Assembly (NCBI GenBank): GCA_021773405.1
Contig: JAJFKD010000037.1
Coordinates: 10,382 to 74,381, forward strand
Reading direction: 5' to 3'
Source: Porticoccus sp.
GTDB taxonomy: Bacteria > Pseudomonadota > Gammaproteobacteria > Pseudomonadales > Porticoccaceae
DNA length: 64,000 nucleotides
This document shows positions 19,852 through 31,688 of this stretch, one piece after another (within the stretch, counting starts at the first letter, position 1; every line of letters starts with the position of its first letter). The notes below the pieces were generated by a model. It did no database searches. It worked only from the letters and a program-made list of their open reading frames with translations, and was not told where the DNA came from. Position numbers and translations under genes: made by a program.

Positions 19852-21339
19852 TTATTGCTTAAAGCGTTTTCTCTCACTAGAGGAGGGTATTCCTATTCCT
19901 TCTCTGTATTTGGCCACGGTTCGTCGTGCAACTTGAATACCCATCTCCTGTAATAGTGTGGTCAACTTGTTGTCACTGAGAGGTTTGGCTGGATTTTCTG
20001 CGCTAATCATCTTCTTCAGGATAGCGCGAATAGCCGTGGATGAACACTCCCCCCCGCTTGCTGTAGCCACATGGCTTGAGAAAAAGTACTTCAACTCAAA
20101 CACACCTTGAGGTGTATCAAGATATTTTTGAGTGGTGACTCGGGAGATCGTGGATTCGTGAAGCTCCAGTTTTTCTGCAATGTCTGCTAGAACCATAGGG
20201 CGCATAGCTTCTGGGCCCTGTTCCAGAAATCTTTGCTGTAGCTCCACGATACAGGATGCTACACGCAATAGAGTGTCATTTCTGCTCTCAATACTACGGA
20301 GAAACCATTTTGCTTCCTGTAGATGATTTTTTAAGAACGTATTGTCCTGGCTTGAGTCAGCTCTGCGGATCAGCTGGGCATATTGTTGATTAATGCTCAG
20401 TTTTGGCGTGATATCTTGATTTAAAGAGACTTGCCAATGGTCGTCTAATTTTGTGACGCGGGCGTCGGGAACTACATACTCTACATCGTCATTTTGGATA
20501 GCTTCACCGGGGTGGGGTGAAAGTGTTTGTATCAGTAAAATGGCGGCGCCAAGAATCTCTTGTGAGTACCCGGTTAGTTTTTCCAGCTTCTTATAGTCTC
20601 GTTGTCCTACTAGATCCAGGTGTTCTGAGACCAATCGTTTGGCTTCTTCAATAAAGGCCGTGTCAGGTGAAAATTGGCTAAGTTGTATTTGTAGGCATTC
20701 TGATAAATTAGTTGCGCCAACACCGGGTGGGTCAAACTGTTGGATGCGGTGGAGTACGGCGACCACTTCATCCAGTTCTATTTCATCATCATCCAGTGAT
20801 CCCCAAATTTCTTCCGGCGGTGTTGTGAGCATGCCGTTGTTATCGATGGAGTCAATAATGTTTTCCGCGATAAGGAGGTCTGTTTGAGAAAGAGGGGTTA
20901 GATTCAGTTGCCAGAGCAAGTGGTCTTGGAGTGACTCGGTGACATTATGAACATTGTCAAAGTCCATTGTCTCTGAAGATGTACTTTTAATGCTCGAGGT
21001 GGGTTGATATATGTCGTCCCAGTTTGCGTCGACTGGCAGATCCTGTGGGATTGATGCATCCCAATCCTCACTGTTGAGATCCTGTGATGTACTATCGACA
21101 GGTTCTTCTTGGGTTGTCGCTTCTGTTGTGCTCGGAGCTTTTTCCTGAGAGTTTTCTGGGGTGGGTTCTGGTGGGTTTTCTGATTCTTCTGCCAATTCAA
21201 GAAGAGGGTTGTCATACAGGTTTTGTTGTATCTCCTGGTGAAGGTCAAGTGATGAAAGCTGCAGAAGGCGTATTGCCTGTTGCAGTTGGGGGGTCATGGT
21301 TAACTGCTGACCAATTTTCAGTTGCAGGCTGACTTTCAT
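19852..21339 (-). CDS. rpoN: RNA polymerase sigma-54 factor
   Basis: Region I LQLSSLDL, an acidic region II and the RpoN box ARRTVAKYR; 495 aa. Confidence 0.96.
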   Translation of the reverse strand: MKVSLQLKIGQQLTMTPQLQQAIRLLQLSSLDLHQEIQQNLYDNPLLELAEESENPPEPTPENSQEKAPSTTEATTQEEPVDSTSQDLNSEDWDASIPQDLPVDANWDDIYQPTSSIKSTSSETMDFDNVHNVTESLQDHLLWQLNLTPLSQTDLLIAENIIDSIDNNGMLTTPPEEIWGSLDDDEIELDEVVAVLHRIQQFDPPGVGATNLSECLQIQLSQFSPDTAFIEEAKRLVSEHLDLVGQRDYKKLEKLTGYSQEILGAAILLIQTLSPHPGEAIQNDDVEYVVPDARVTKLDDHWQVSLNQDITPKLSINQQYAQLIRRADSSQDNTFLKNHLQEAKWFLRSIESRNDTLLRVASCIVELQQRFLEQGPEAMRPMVLADIAEKLELHESTISRVTTQKYLDTPQGVFELKYFFSSHVATASGGECSSTAIRAILKKMISAENPAKPLSDNKLTTLLQEMGIQVARRTVAKYREGIGIPSSSERKRFKQ

Positions 21340-21502
21340 TGCTTGGTATGACTACTCTTCAGGGAATTTAGTTATTATATTTCGAAGTGTAGATGCTGGA
21401 AGGGGTATTGTACAAGCAATTTTTATGCCGATTTTCGTGAATTGGTCTTGATTTTTTATTTGATGGTGTGCAGAGGTAGGTCTGAATGCCTATTTAGGAT
21501 GC

Positions 21503-22228
21503 TTATAATACAAAATCTTCGCCTAAATAAATATCCCGAACCTGCTGATTGGCAATAATATCCGACGATTGGCCTTCTGCGATGACTTTGCCTTCTCCCA
21601 CAATATAAGCGTGTTCACAGATATCAAGAGTTTCCCGCACGTTGTGATCTGTGATTAAAACACCAATGCCTTTATCACGCAGATGGCGGATGATTTGTTT
21701 GATATCGTTGACTGATATTGGGTCAACACCTGCAAAGGGTTCATCAAGCAAGATAAAGGTGGGTTCCATTGCTAACGCTCTAGCAATTTCTACTCGGCGT
21801 CGTTCTCCCCCTGAAAGGCTAATGCCCTGGGAGTCTCTAATATGGGTAAGGTGGAATTCCTGTAGTAGCTGCTCTACTCGATTTTTTCTCTGTGTGGCAT
21901 CAAGGTCCTTGCGTGTTTCTAAAATGGCTAGAATGTTGTTTTGCACCGTCATTTTACGAAATACTGAGGCTTCCTGGGGGAGGTAGCCAATACCTTTGCG
22001 TGCTCTACCGTGCATAGGGAGGGCGGTGATGTCTTCACCATCAATAAGTACTGTTCCGCCATCTTGGGCTATCAAGCCTACAATCATATAAAAGCAGGTC
22101 GTTTTCCCCGCACCGTTAGGGCCAAGCAGGCCTACAATGGCTCCACTTTCAACAGTGAGCGATACGTCTCGGATGACAGGTCTTTTTTTGTAGCTCTTGG
22201 AAAGGTGTGAGGCCTTGAGTACGGCCAT
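21503..22228 (-). CDS. lptB: LPS export ABC transporter ATPase LptB
   Basis: [17 protein letters not shown]; 241 aa. Confidence 0.95.
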   Translation of the reverse strand: MAVLKASHLSKSYKKRPVIRDVSLTVESGAIVGLLGPNGAGKTTCFYMIVGLIAQDGGTVLIDGEDITALPMHGRARKGIGYLPQEASVFRKMTVQNNILAILETRKDLDATQRKNRVEQLLQEFHLTHIRDSQGISLSGGERRRVEIARALAMEPTFILLDEPFAGVDPISVNDIKQIIRHLRDKGIGVLITDHNVRETLDICEHAYIVGEGKVIAEGQSSDIIANQQVRDIYLGEDFVL

Positions 22229-22722
22229 TAATTTTTGTCCTTTTGATTGCTGGGTGGAATAAGCATATGCACCCTTTCTTTGTTTGCTGTAGCTTTAACA
22301 ACTTCAGCCTTAAGATCGTAATCAATTTTTTCACCTGTGATCACGGAGCCGTTCTGTTCTAGGCTGGCGTTTTTTAAAAGCTTGATTTTGTCGTTGGCTA
22401 AATAATATTTTATGGTCTTTGCGCTTGCTAGCACCAATCCATCTTGGGGGTTGGGGCGCTGTTGGTAGTGAGCGGGATTACCTACACAGATGATTTTATC
22501 AACTTGGTTGGTGTCGCTAAAAACAGTCACTTTGTCTGCGTTAATTTTAATGGTGCCCTGGATAATGACAACGGAACCTTCGTAGGTGGTTGTTCCTTTT
22601 TTCTCATCCTGTTCGGCACGATCAGATTCTATCTTTATAGGTTGTTGGCGGTCTGTGGGCAGCGCATAAGATAGCGTGCAGCTAAATGCAACAGAAAGCA
22701 GCAGGATTAACCTAGTTAACAT
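22228..22722 (-). CDS. lptA: LPS transport periplasmic protein LptA
   Basis: Signal peptide and OstA-like fold ([21 protein letters not shown]); sits in lptC-lptA-lptB order. Confidence 0.88.
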   Translation of the reverse strand: MLTRLILLLSVAFSCTLSYALPTDRQQPIKIESDRAEQDEKKGTTTYEGSVVIIQGTIKINADKVTVFSDTNQVDKIICVGNPAHYQQRPNPQDGLVLASAKTIKYYLANDKIKLLKNASLEQNGSVITGEKIDYDLKAEVVKATANKERVHMLIPPSNQKDKN

Positions 22723-23290
22723 TATGAACCCCTTTTACCCTGGATAGCAGCTTGAAAAGTTCTTTGTTCAAGTCTGCATGCATGCCAACACCTACGGTAT
22801 TTCCTTTCGGAGTAGTAATCGTCACTTTTTTATCAGTCTCGGCTGTACGTTCTTCTGGGAATAGGATGAGTTTATCGGTTCGAAGTTCATTTTTTGTGTC
22901 ATTACCAAGGTTTTGCCAAGCATATACATCTCCGGTAAATATGGCACGTTCTCCCCCTTTAAGTACAGTGCCTTTTTTTGCATTCATATGCCATGGGTGT
23001 TTTGCATCTTTCTGGTTGTAGGATATGAGTTTTGGTTTTTCTAGTACTAGGCGATTGCCACGCTTAAAGTGATGGGCTTCGATAGATTTTAGGCTGAATG
23101 CTTTTGTGCCATCTTTGGCGTAGTCGATTTTTGAAATATTAAGCATGTAACTGTCTGCTTTTGGTAGAGCTTCACCATCGCCGATATTGTCATTGGATTT
23201 TTGCAAAAAGGCTTCAGGGGGGGAAAGCCAAAATAGCAAAAAAACGCTGACTGCGCCTAATAGCATGATTGTTAGTAGTAAATTACGCAT
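22712..23290 (-). CDS. lptC: LPS export protein LptC
   Basis: N-terminal TM anchor plus an LptC fold; 192 aa. It overlaps the lptA start. Confidence 0.85.
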   Translation of the reverse strand: MRNLLLTIMLLGAVSVFLLFWLSPPEAFLQKSNDNIGDGEALPKADSYMLNISKIDYAKDGTKAFSLKSIEAHHFKRGNRLVLEKPKLISYNQKDAKHPWHMNAKKGTVLKGGERAIFTGDVYAWQNLGNDTKNELRTDKLILFPEERTAETDKKVTITTPKGNTVGVGMHADLNKELFKLLSRVKGVHNVN

Positions 23291-23383
23291 ATTCTAAATT
23301 ATGTATCTTCGTCTTTATCAATCAGGGCGCGGCACTCTAAAAGGCCTGCCCATACTTAAAAGACGTTTAATATTAAGAGTCGT

Positions 23384-23923
23384 TCACAAATAATTTGAAT
23401 GAGTAGACTCTAATTTACCTTGGGCTTGTAGCAGCATTTCCGCCAGTTCTCTTACTGCGCCATCGCCACCTTTTGTTGCTGTTTGCCAGTGGGCGTTTTC
23501 AATAACAAAACTTGTAGCATTGGCAACGGCAACCCCAAGTCCCACGCGCCGTATAACGGCTACATCGGGCAAATCGTCTCCAAGGAAAGCTATTTCTTCC
23601 ATTTGGTAGGACGTGTGTTTGCTATCAAGTAATTCTCCGAGTGCAGTCAGTTTGTCTTCCCTTCCCTGGATGACTAATTCAATGCCTAATTCTGAAGCTC
23701 TCCTGGCTAGTAATTCAGAGGAGCGCCCAGTAATAATGCCAACTTGGATGCCATTCCGTTGTAAAAGTTTAATGCCTAGGCCATCTTGGATATTGAAAGC
23801 CTTTAATTCTTCGCCATTATTGCCGTAGTACAGGCGGCCATCTGTCAGTACGCCGTCAACATCTAGAAGTAATAGTCGAATTTTTTTGGCTCTGTTAAGC
23901 AGTTTTTGGTTATTCGTGGTCAT
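23384..23923 (-). CDS. kdsC: KDO 8-phosphate phosphatase
   Basis: HAD motif LLLDVDGVLTDG and GDDLPD; 179 aa. Confidence 0.92.
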   Translation of the reverse strand: MTTNNQKLLNRAKKIRLLLLDVDGVLTDGRLYYGNNGEELKAFNIQDGLGIKLLQRNGIQVGIITGRSSELLARRASELGIELVIQGREDKLTALGELLDSKHTSYQMEEIAFLGDDLPDVAVIRRVGLGVAVANATSFVIENAHWQTATKGGDGAVRELAEMLLQAQGKLESTHSNYL

Positions 23924-24906
23924 TACATGACTCCAGCACGTAGGATGTCGTGCATATGTAAAACACCGATAGGTCGATGATTTGAATCCTCAACAACTAA
24001 AGCTGTAATTTTAAAATCTTCAATAATTTTTAGGGCTTCGGCAGCTAGCAGATCTCGGTGGACAGCTCGGCATTTGCTTTTGATCATTTCACCAATAGGC
24101 GTGCTATTTATATCGATGTTGTCGTCTACGGCTCGTCGCAAGTCGCCATCGGTGAAAACACCCTGAAGCTCGCCCGAATCATTAACGACAGTGGTCATAC
24201 CAAACCCTTTTGTTGTCATTTCCAGCAAGGCATGTCGGAGTGGTGTGTCTGTTGTCACTTGTGGTAGTTCATCTCCGCTGTGCATGATGTCTTCCACTTT
24301 AAGTAAAAGCTTGCGCCCCAATGCGCCACCCGGATGGGAAAAAGCAAAATCTTCAGCAGTAAATCCCCGAGCTTCTAGTAATGTAATGGCTAAAGCATCT
24401 CCCATGACTAGTGTCGCAGTAGTACTGGTCGTCGGTGCAAGGCCTAAAGGGCATGCTTCGGCGGGAACTTGCACATCTAGGTGTGCTTCAGCGGCTTGAG
24501 CTAGAGTTGATTGGGGGTTGCCTGTCATGCTGATTAGGGGGATACCCATTCGTTTAATCAGAGGTAAAAGGGTGATAACTTCTGATGTTGTCCCTGAATT
24601 AGACAGCGCAAGTACGACGTCACCTTCCGTGATCATACCAATATCGCCATGACTTGCTTCGCCTGGGTGGACAAAGAAGGACGGTGTGCCAGTGCTTGCC
24701 AGAGTGGCAGCAATTTTGCGGCCAATATGCCCTGACTTTCCCATTCCTGTAACAACGACACGGCCGCTACACTTCATGATGAGCTCGCATGCTTGATGAA
24801 ATTCTGGTCCGATGCGTTGTTCCAGTAGCTCGACAGCTTGTGCCTCCATGCGGATGGTGCGTCGGGCTACCTCAGAATAATCCTCGGGTGTCATTCCAGA
24901 TGTCAT
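23923..24906 (-). CDS. kdsD: Arabinose-5-phosphate isomerase
   Basis: SIS domain (GMGKSGHIG) plus tandem CBS domains; 327 aa. Confidence 0.93.
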   Translation of the reverse strand: MTSGMTPEDYSEVARRTIRMEAQAVELLEQRIGPEFHQACELIMKCSGRVVVTGMGKSGHIGRKIAATLASTGTPSFFVHPGEASHGDIGMITEGDVVLALSNSGTTSEVITLLPLIKRMGIPLISMTGNPQSTLAQAAEAHLDVQVPAEACPLGLAPTTSTTATLVMGDALAITLLEARGFTAEDFAFSHPGGALGRKLLLKVEDIMHSGDELPQVTTDTPLRHALLEMTTKGFGMTTVVNDSGELQGVFTDGDLRRAVDDNIDINSTPIGEMIKSKCRAVHRDLLAAEALKIIEDFKITALVVEDSNHRPIGVLHMHDILRAGVM

Positions 24907-25010
24907 TGGTTGTCTCGAAAGATAAAGTTAAAGTTGTCTCAAAAATTCTTGCCAGTATAGCGGCTGTCTGTTGTTGCTGTAAGGTCTGAGATAACACTAG
25001 CTGTTAGGCA

Positions 25011-25997
25011 TTAAAGCTGCCCTGGAATTAGGATTACATAGTAGAGCCCGTAAAGTGTTAATAATGTTATACCAATCTTTTTTGATAGCTGCGCTTGATG
25101 GCGCTCTCGTTTTCCTCTCCAAAGGGAGAAACTGATGGCTGCAATTAGTACAAGGGTAAGGAATGACATGGCCAAATAGTCACGATAAAACACTTCTTGG
25201 TTCAGGGCCAAGGGGCTAATAATGCCAGGAACAGACATGACTGCGAGAAGATTAAACAGGTTGGAGCCGAAAATATTACCTAAAGCTATATCGTGATGGC
25301 CGCGAATCGCGCTCATTACAGATGCAGCTAGCTCGGGTAGGCTTGTGCCGACAGCGACAATTGTGAGCCCGATAACGAGTTGGCTTACACCAAAGTACAG
25401 CGCAAATTGTTTAGCGCCCCATACTAATGCTTCTGAGCTGAGCAGTAATGCTCCAAGGCCAACTAAAAACCAAAGTAGTGCAGCAGTAGTAGACATTGAG
25501 GGAATGGCTTCTCCCTCTTCTACAGTCTCCGGGTTCGGGTGGCGTTTTTTGTAGTACACCGTGAGTGCAAGTAATGGTGGAATAATGCAAGCAAGTGCAA
25601 TACCTTCAGGTCGTAACAGCATGCCATCAAAGATAAAAAGTCCAGCTAACAATGTAACGGCAAGAAGTACCGGCCCTTCTTGTTTGATCAGGTGACCCTG
25701 GGTTGGAATTGGGCAAATAATTGCGGTGATGCCAAGCACGAGTCCGATGTTGGCCAGGTTAGAGCCAATAGCATTACCAACAGCCATGTCGCCGGCATCT
25801 TTTAATGCAGCGTTAATGGCAACGATAATTTCTGGTGCAGAAGTTCCAATAGAGACAATGGTTAATCCGATGACAAGGGGTGAAACACCAAAGTTTTTAG
25901 CAGCACCAGCACTACCAGCTACAAAGCGGTCGGCACCCCAGAGAAGGCCCAATAGCCCAAATAAAATCCCTAGAGCTGCGGGTATCAGCGTCTCCAT
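25011..25997 (-). CDS. yrbG: Ca2+/Na+ antiporter family inner-membrane protein YrbG
   Basis: Two alpha-repeat regions (GTSAPE, GTSLPE). The ORF spans 25011..26072, but the likely start is METLIPAAL (ATG 25997). Confidence 0.85.
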   Translation of the reverse strand: METLIPAALGILFGLLGLLWGADRFVAGSAGAAKNFGVSPLVIGLTIVSIGTSAPEIIVAINAALKDAGDMAVGNAIGSNLANIGLVLGITAIICPIPTQGHLIKQEGPVLLAVTLLAGLFIFDGMLLRPEGIALACIIPPLLALTVYYKKRHPNPETVEEGEAIPSMSTTAALLWFLVGLGALLLSSEALVWGAKQFALYFGVSQLVIGLTIVAVGTSLPELAASVMSAIRGHHDIALGNIFGSNLFNLLAVMSVPGIISPLALNQEVFYRDYLAMSFLTLVLIAAISFSLWRGKRERHQAQLSKKIGITLLTLYGLYYVILIPGQL

Positions 25998-26216
25998 CTC
26001 GGTGTCTATTCCTCGGTGAGTATTGTTGTGAATGTTTCGTAAATTGGAGTGCAATGGTATAGTGCGCACCATTCGAAGTCAGCTGTTTTTGGCACCTCAC
26101 TAGCAATCTGTGGTCAAACCCCATGTGGTTGGATGCAGTGGCGTGGAGAAACGCTGTAGCGCGGTATGCGAGACTTTGGTTTTAGTTGTAAACAAAAAAT
26201 AAGAGGAAGGCCTAAG

Positions 26217-26843
26217 ATGTTTTATAGGTGGGTGTATTCAATAACCTTGATGTTGCTGCTGGCGTTGTCCGGCAGTGTTTTTGCTGTTGAATCCGGTGAA
26301 AAGGCCCAAACGCCTCACCAGCTGGTGGAATCAGTCACGAGTCAGTTACTTCAGACCATTGAGAGTCACCGAGATACTTTTGAGGATGACCCTGAAGAAT
26401 TCTTTGCTGCATTAGATGGTTTGTTGCAGGATGTGATTGATTTTGACTGGATTGCCTACAAAGTAATGGGGTCTTATGGCAAGAAGGCGACGCCAGAGCA
26501 GCGTAGCCGTTTTGCAAATACATTTCGCTGTGAGTTGATTGAAACATATGGCCGAGGTCTTGTAGCTTACGGCGAGCAAAATATTGTTGTTGTGCCGCCC
26601 ACAGAAGATACTAATGGCCAGCGTAAGGTGAAAGTTGTACAAGAAATTCATGGCTCCGACGGTGTATTTCCCTTGGTTTACTCCATGGGGTTAACAAAGG
26701 AAGGGAAATGGAAAGTGACAAATGTTGTTATCAACGGCATTAATCTAGGAAAGACTTTTCGCAATCAATTTATTCAGCGTGCTCAGCGGTTTGGTGGTGA
26801 CATCGATCAGGTGATCAGCAACTGGTCTTCCTCTGCAGGTTAA
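26217..26843 (+). CDS. mlaC: Periplasmic phospholipid-binding protein MlaC (Ttg2D family)
   Basis: Signal peptide (..SGSVFA) and DFDWIAYKVMGSYGKKATPEQRSRFANTFRCELIETYGRGL, typical of MlaC. ATG 26217 follows AAGAGGAAGG. Confidence 0.8.
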   Translation: MFYRWVYSITLMLLLALSGSVFAVESGEKAQTPHQLVESVTSQLLQTIESHRDTFEDDPEEFFAALDGLLQDVIDFDWIAYKVMGSYGKKATPEQRSRFANTFRCELIETYGRGLVAYGEQNIVVVPPTEDTNGQRKVKVVQEIHGSDGVFPLVYSMGLTKEGKWKVTNVVINGINLGKTFRNQFIQRAQRFGGDIDQVISNWSSSAG

Positions 26844-26916
26844 AATTTAAGTTAGCCCTATATTTAAATTGGCTCTTAAAGTTTAGTTGAGCAGTCCTGC
26901 AATCAAGAGATAAATT

Positions 26917-27150
26917 ATGAATCCTGATGATGTAAAAGAACTATTGCTTGCCGGGCTTCCTGGTTGTGACATTACTGTAGAGAGTGATGGCAGTCATTTT
27001 AATATTCTAGTGGTTGGTGATCTATTTGAGGGTCTCCGGCCCGTGCAGCGGCAGCAAAAAGTGTACGCAGTCTTGCAGGCTAAAATTGCTGAAGGAAGTA
27101 TTCATGCGGTAAATATGAAAACATTTACTCCGAATGAATTTCAGCAGTAA
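26917..27150 (+). CDS. ibaG: BolA-family protein IbaG (YrbA)
   Basis: 77 aa with a BolA fold (SDGSHFNILVVGDLFEG...RQQKVYAVL); immediately upstream of murA. Confidence 0.88.
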   Translation: MNPDDVKELLLAGLPGCDITVESDGSHFNILVVGDLFEGLRPVQRQQKVYAVLQAKIAEGSIHAVNMKTFTPNEFQQ

Positions 27151-27257
27151 AGTTTCCTTTGGTTTTCCAGTGGTGCTCCCTGTAGTGTTCTCCTTTTTGT
27201 GGCGCTGTCAAATTCTAGTTAGTTGGTCAAAATTTCCCCCAGGTAGAAGGGTAATAA

Positions 27258-28520
<1,263 letters not shown>

Positions 28521-28594
28521 TCTCAGTAAAGTTAAATTTATGCTGAGTGTTATAAGGTTTTTCTAAAACCAAAGATTATATAGATAAAAAGATT

Positions 28595-29218
28595 ATGCAA
28601 ATAACCATTGCTCTTACTAAAGGGCGAATCTTAAAAGAAACGTTGCCACTATTAGCAGCTGCAGGTATTGAACCTGTAGAAAATATCAGTGAGAGTCGCA
28701 AGTTGCTCTTTGATACTAATCGTGATGATGTGCGCCTATTAATTCTTCGCGGTTCCGATGTGCCAACCTATGTGCAGTTTGGCGCTGCAGATATCGGTGT
28801 GGCAGGAAAAGATACCCTGTTAGAGCATGGTGCTGAAGGGATTTATGAGCCCTTAGATCTTGGTATTGCGCGTTGCCAATTGATGACTGCGGGCGTTGTT
28901 GGTGTGTCACCAAAAGAAGGTCGTATCAGGGTGGCGACAAAATATGTAAATATCGCGCGCCAGTTTTATGCAGAACAAGGTCGGCAAGTCGATATTATCA
29001 AGCTTTATGGGGCGATGGAGTTGGCTCCTATTATGGCGTTGGCGGATGAAATTGTGGATATCGTCGATACAGGTAATACCCTAAAAGCCAATGGTCTTGA
29101 AGCGCGGGATAGCATCTCTGAAGTGAGCTCCCGGTTAATTGTTAATAAGGCTGCCATGAAAACAAAGCATCAGGCTATTCAGCAGATAGTAGATGATGTG
29201 CGTAAGGCATTAGGCTAG
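28595..29218 (+). CDS. hisG: ATP phosphoribosyltransferase, short form (HisZ-dependent type)
   Basis: 207 aa; [18 protein letters not shown] and [14 protein letters not shown]. It lacks the C-terminal regulatory domain. Confidence 0.93.
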   Translation: MQITIALTKGRILKETLPLLAAAGIEPVENISESRKLLFDTNRDDVRLLILRGSDVPTYVQFGAADIGVAGKDTLLEHGAEGIYEPLDLGIARCQLMTAGVVGVSPKEGRIRVATKYVNIARQFYAEQGRQVDIIKLYGAMELAPIMALADEIVDIVDTGNTLKANGLEARDSISEVSSRLIVNKAAMKTKHQAIQQIVDDVRKALG

Positions 29219-29223
29219 TTTTT

Positions 29224-30540
29224 ATGTCTAGCAAGAATGCCATTAATATAAAGCGATTGTCTTCCTCTGATAATGACTTTGATCTTCGTCTTGATCAGCT
29301 GCTTGCATGGGAAAATGTTTCAGATGGACAGGTAGAAGATGTCGTTGCTGATATTCTGAATAATGTCAGGCAGCATGGTGATGCTGCACTAGTAGAATAT
29401 ACCAATCGATTTGATCGTCGACAGATAGCGAATGTCGCTGAACTTTCTATCACTAAAGCGGAATTGAAGGATGCACTGGTTGGCTTGCCTGAGGAAGAAC
29501 GTGAGGCGCTAGAGTTGGCGGCTGACCGCATTCGCTATTACCACCAACATCAAAAGCAAGAATCCTGGAATTATCGAGAGGCTGATGGCACCTTGTTGGG
29601 CCAACAAGTGACTCCGCTTGATCGGGTTGGTATTTATGTGCCAGGCGGTAAAGCTAGTTACCCATCTTCCGTCCTAATGAACGCGTTGCCAGCTAAAGTG
29701 GCTGGTGTTGACGAAATTATTATGGTCGTTCCGGCTCCAGATGGAGAGTTAAATCCCCTTGTATTGGCTGCAGCATCTATAGCGGGAGTAGATCAGGTGT
29801 TTACTCTGGGGGGCGCGCAAGCAATTGGGGCGTTAGCTTATGGTACTGAAACAGTACCGAGAGTCGATAAAATTGTGGGCCCTGGCAATATTTATGTAGC
29901 CACGGCCAAGCGGGCTGTATTTGGCAGTGTTGGTCTGGATATGGTGGCTGGCCCGTCAGAAATATTAGTGGTCTGCGATGGAGATACAGACCCTGATTGG
30001 ATCGCTATGGATTTATTCTCGCAAGCGGAACACGATGAAGATGCCCAGTCTCTGTTGGTGAGCCATGATGTTGATTTTCTCGCCAGTGTAAAAGCCAGTA
30101 TGGAAAAATTGTTGCCTTCCATGGAGCGTGCCGAGATTATCCGTGCGGCTCTGGAAAGCCGTAGTGCATTGATATCCGTAGACAACATTGAAGAAGCAGT
30201 AAGCTTGATTAATCGGATTGCACCAGAGCACTTGGAATTGTCTGTTGCAGATCCTGAATTGTTGTTGCCAAAAATACGTCATGCTGGTGCTATTTTTATG
30301 GGGCGGTATACCGCGGAAGCTCTAGGCGATTACTGTGCTGGCCCAAACCACGTGCTACCGACATCTGCTACAGCTCGGTTTTCTTCGCCCCTCGGCGTCT
30401 ATGATTTTCAGAAGCGTTCATCGGTCATTATGTGCACGGCGGAAGGTGCTTCTACATTAGGAAAAACTGCCTCAGTGTTGGCTCGGGGTGAGTCATTGAC
30501 AGCCCACGCGCGTTCGGCTGAGTTTAGGGTAAAAAAATAG
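29224..30540 (+). CDS. hisD: Histidinol dehydrogenase
   Basis: 438 aa; [23 protein letters not shown] and [13 protein letters not shown]. Confidence 0.95.
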   Translation: MSSKNAINIKRLSSSDNDFDLRLDQLLAWENVSDGQVEDVVADILNNVRQHGDAALVEYTNRFDRRQIANVAELSITKAELKDALVGLPEEEREALELAADRIRYYHQHQKQESWNYREADGTLLGQQVTPLDRVGIYVPGGKASYPSSVLMNALPAKVAGVDEIIMVVPAPDGELNPLVLAAASIAGVDQVFTLGGAQAIGALAYGTETVPRVDKIVGPGNIYVATAKRAVFGSVGLDMVAGPSEILVVCDGDTDPDWIAMDLFSQAEHDEDAQSLLVSHDVDFLASVKASMEKLLPSMERAEIIRAALESRSALISVDNIEEAVSLINRIAPEHLELSVADPELLLPKIRHAGAIFMGRYTAEALGDYCAGPNHVLPTSATARFSSPLGVYDFQKRSSVIMCTAEGASTLGKTASVLARGESLTAHARSAEFRVKK

Positions 30541-30559
30541 AAAAGTAGCGGGCACAAGA

Positions 30560-31645
30560 GTGGCGGAAAAAGTGGCGGAAAATAAATTTTGGAGTGATGT
30601 TGTCGGTAGGCTTGACCCTTATGTCCCGGGTGAGCAGCCAAAGCTTGCCAATCTGGTCAAGTTAAATACCAACGAAAACCCTTATGGTCCCTCTCCTAAA
30701 GTTAGCGCAGCCATTTCTGCAGAGTTGGGCGACTCCCTACGTTTGTATCCAGACCCCAATGCTGATGTATTGAAGCAAGCTATTGCGCAGTCGATAGATG
30801 TTGATGTGTCACAGGTCTTTGTGGGCAATGGTTCTGATGAAGTGTTGGCCCATATATTTCAGGGATTATTGAAGCATGAAGCACCTATATTATTTCCTGA
30901 TATCACCTATAGCTTTTACCCGGTGTACTGTGGGTTATATCAAGTGGACTTCACCCAGATCCCGTTATCGGAAGATTTGTCCATAAATCTTGCTGATTAT
31001 CAGCAGCCGAATGGTGGCATTATTTTTCCAAACCCCAATGCGCCCACGGGTAAGCTGTTGTCATTAGCCGATATTGAATCTTTGCTTAGTGTTAATAATG
31101 ATTCCGTTGTTGTTGTGGATGAGGCTTATATTGATTTTGGGGGTGAGAGCGCTGTTGGTTTGATTAACAGTTATCCCAATTTGCTGGTAACCCAGACATT
31201 CTCCAAGTCCCGATCATTGGCTGGTTTAAGGGTTGGCTTCGCTGCAGGTGATGCCTCGCTGGTTGATGCTCTTGAGCGAGTAAAAAATAGTTTTAATTCT
31301 TATCCTCTTGATCGTTTGGCCATTGTTGGTGCTGTAGCGGCCATAGAGGATGTTGGTTATTTTGAAGAAACCTGTGAGCAGGTAATTGCTAGCCGCGAGT
31401 GGCTTGCTACTGAACTGCAGTTGCTTGGTTTTTCCGTGCTACCTTCTGCGGCAAATTTTATTTTTGTCCAGCATTCAGATCATGATGCGGCTACATTATC
31501 AGCTGGGCTGCGAGAGGGCGGTATTATTGTGCGGCACTTCAGCCAGCCTCGAATTAATCAATACCTTAGGATTACCGTGGGATTGCCAGAGCAAAATCAG
31601 CAGCTTATTTCTTCATTAAAAGAATTGCTTGGTGTGGCTGAATAA
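30560..31645 (+). CDS. hisC: Histidinol-phosphate aminotransferase
   Basis: [19 protein letters not shown] and [14 protein letters not shown] (PLP-binding Lys). There are two in-frame GTG starts (30560 and 30572) inside a 12-nt tandem duplication. Confidence 0.92.
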   Translation: MAEKVAENKFWSDVVGRLDPYVPGEQPKLANLVKLNTNENPYGPSPKVSAAISAELGDSLRLYPDPNADVLKQAIAQSIDVDVSQVFVGNGSDEVLAHIFQGLLKHEAPILFPDITYSFYPVYCGLYQVDFTQIPLSEDLSINLADYQQPNGGIIFPNPNAPTGKLLSLADIESLLSVNNDSVVVVDEAYIDFGGESAVGLINSYPNLLVTQTFSKSRSLAGLRVGFAAGDASLVDALERVKNSFNSYPLDRLAIVGAVAAIEDVGYFEETCEQVIASREWLATELQLLGFSVLPSAANFIFVQHSDHDAATLSAGLREGGIIVRHFSQPRINQYLRITVGLPEQNQQLISSLKELLGVAE

Positions 31646-31688
31646 CAAGAATTTACCAAATAGCTTGGTTGGCTAAAGTAACTGTTGT

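Noticed and set aside
20904-21248. A 114-aa same-strand alternative-frame ORF inside rpoN, and the plus-strand ORFs 20639..20887 and 21084..21332.
   Set aside because: They fall in the low-complexity acidic/Q-rich region II of rpoN. The products are K/Q/T-rich or S-rich with no start-site signals.
21340-21502. An unusually long (163 nt) lptB-rpoN spacer, examined for an sRNA or small ORF.
   Set aside because: I found no hairpin or terminator, no promoter-like pair and no conserved-looking motif. There is nothing I can support.
26073-26216. I looked for remnants of mlaF in the yrbG-mlaC spacer.
   Set aside because: The spacer is too short and has no Walker-type coding remnant in any frame that I could see.
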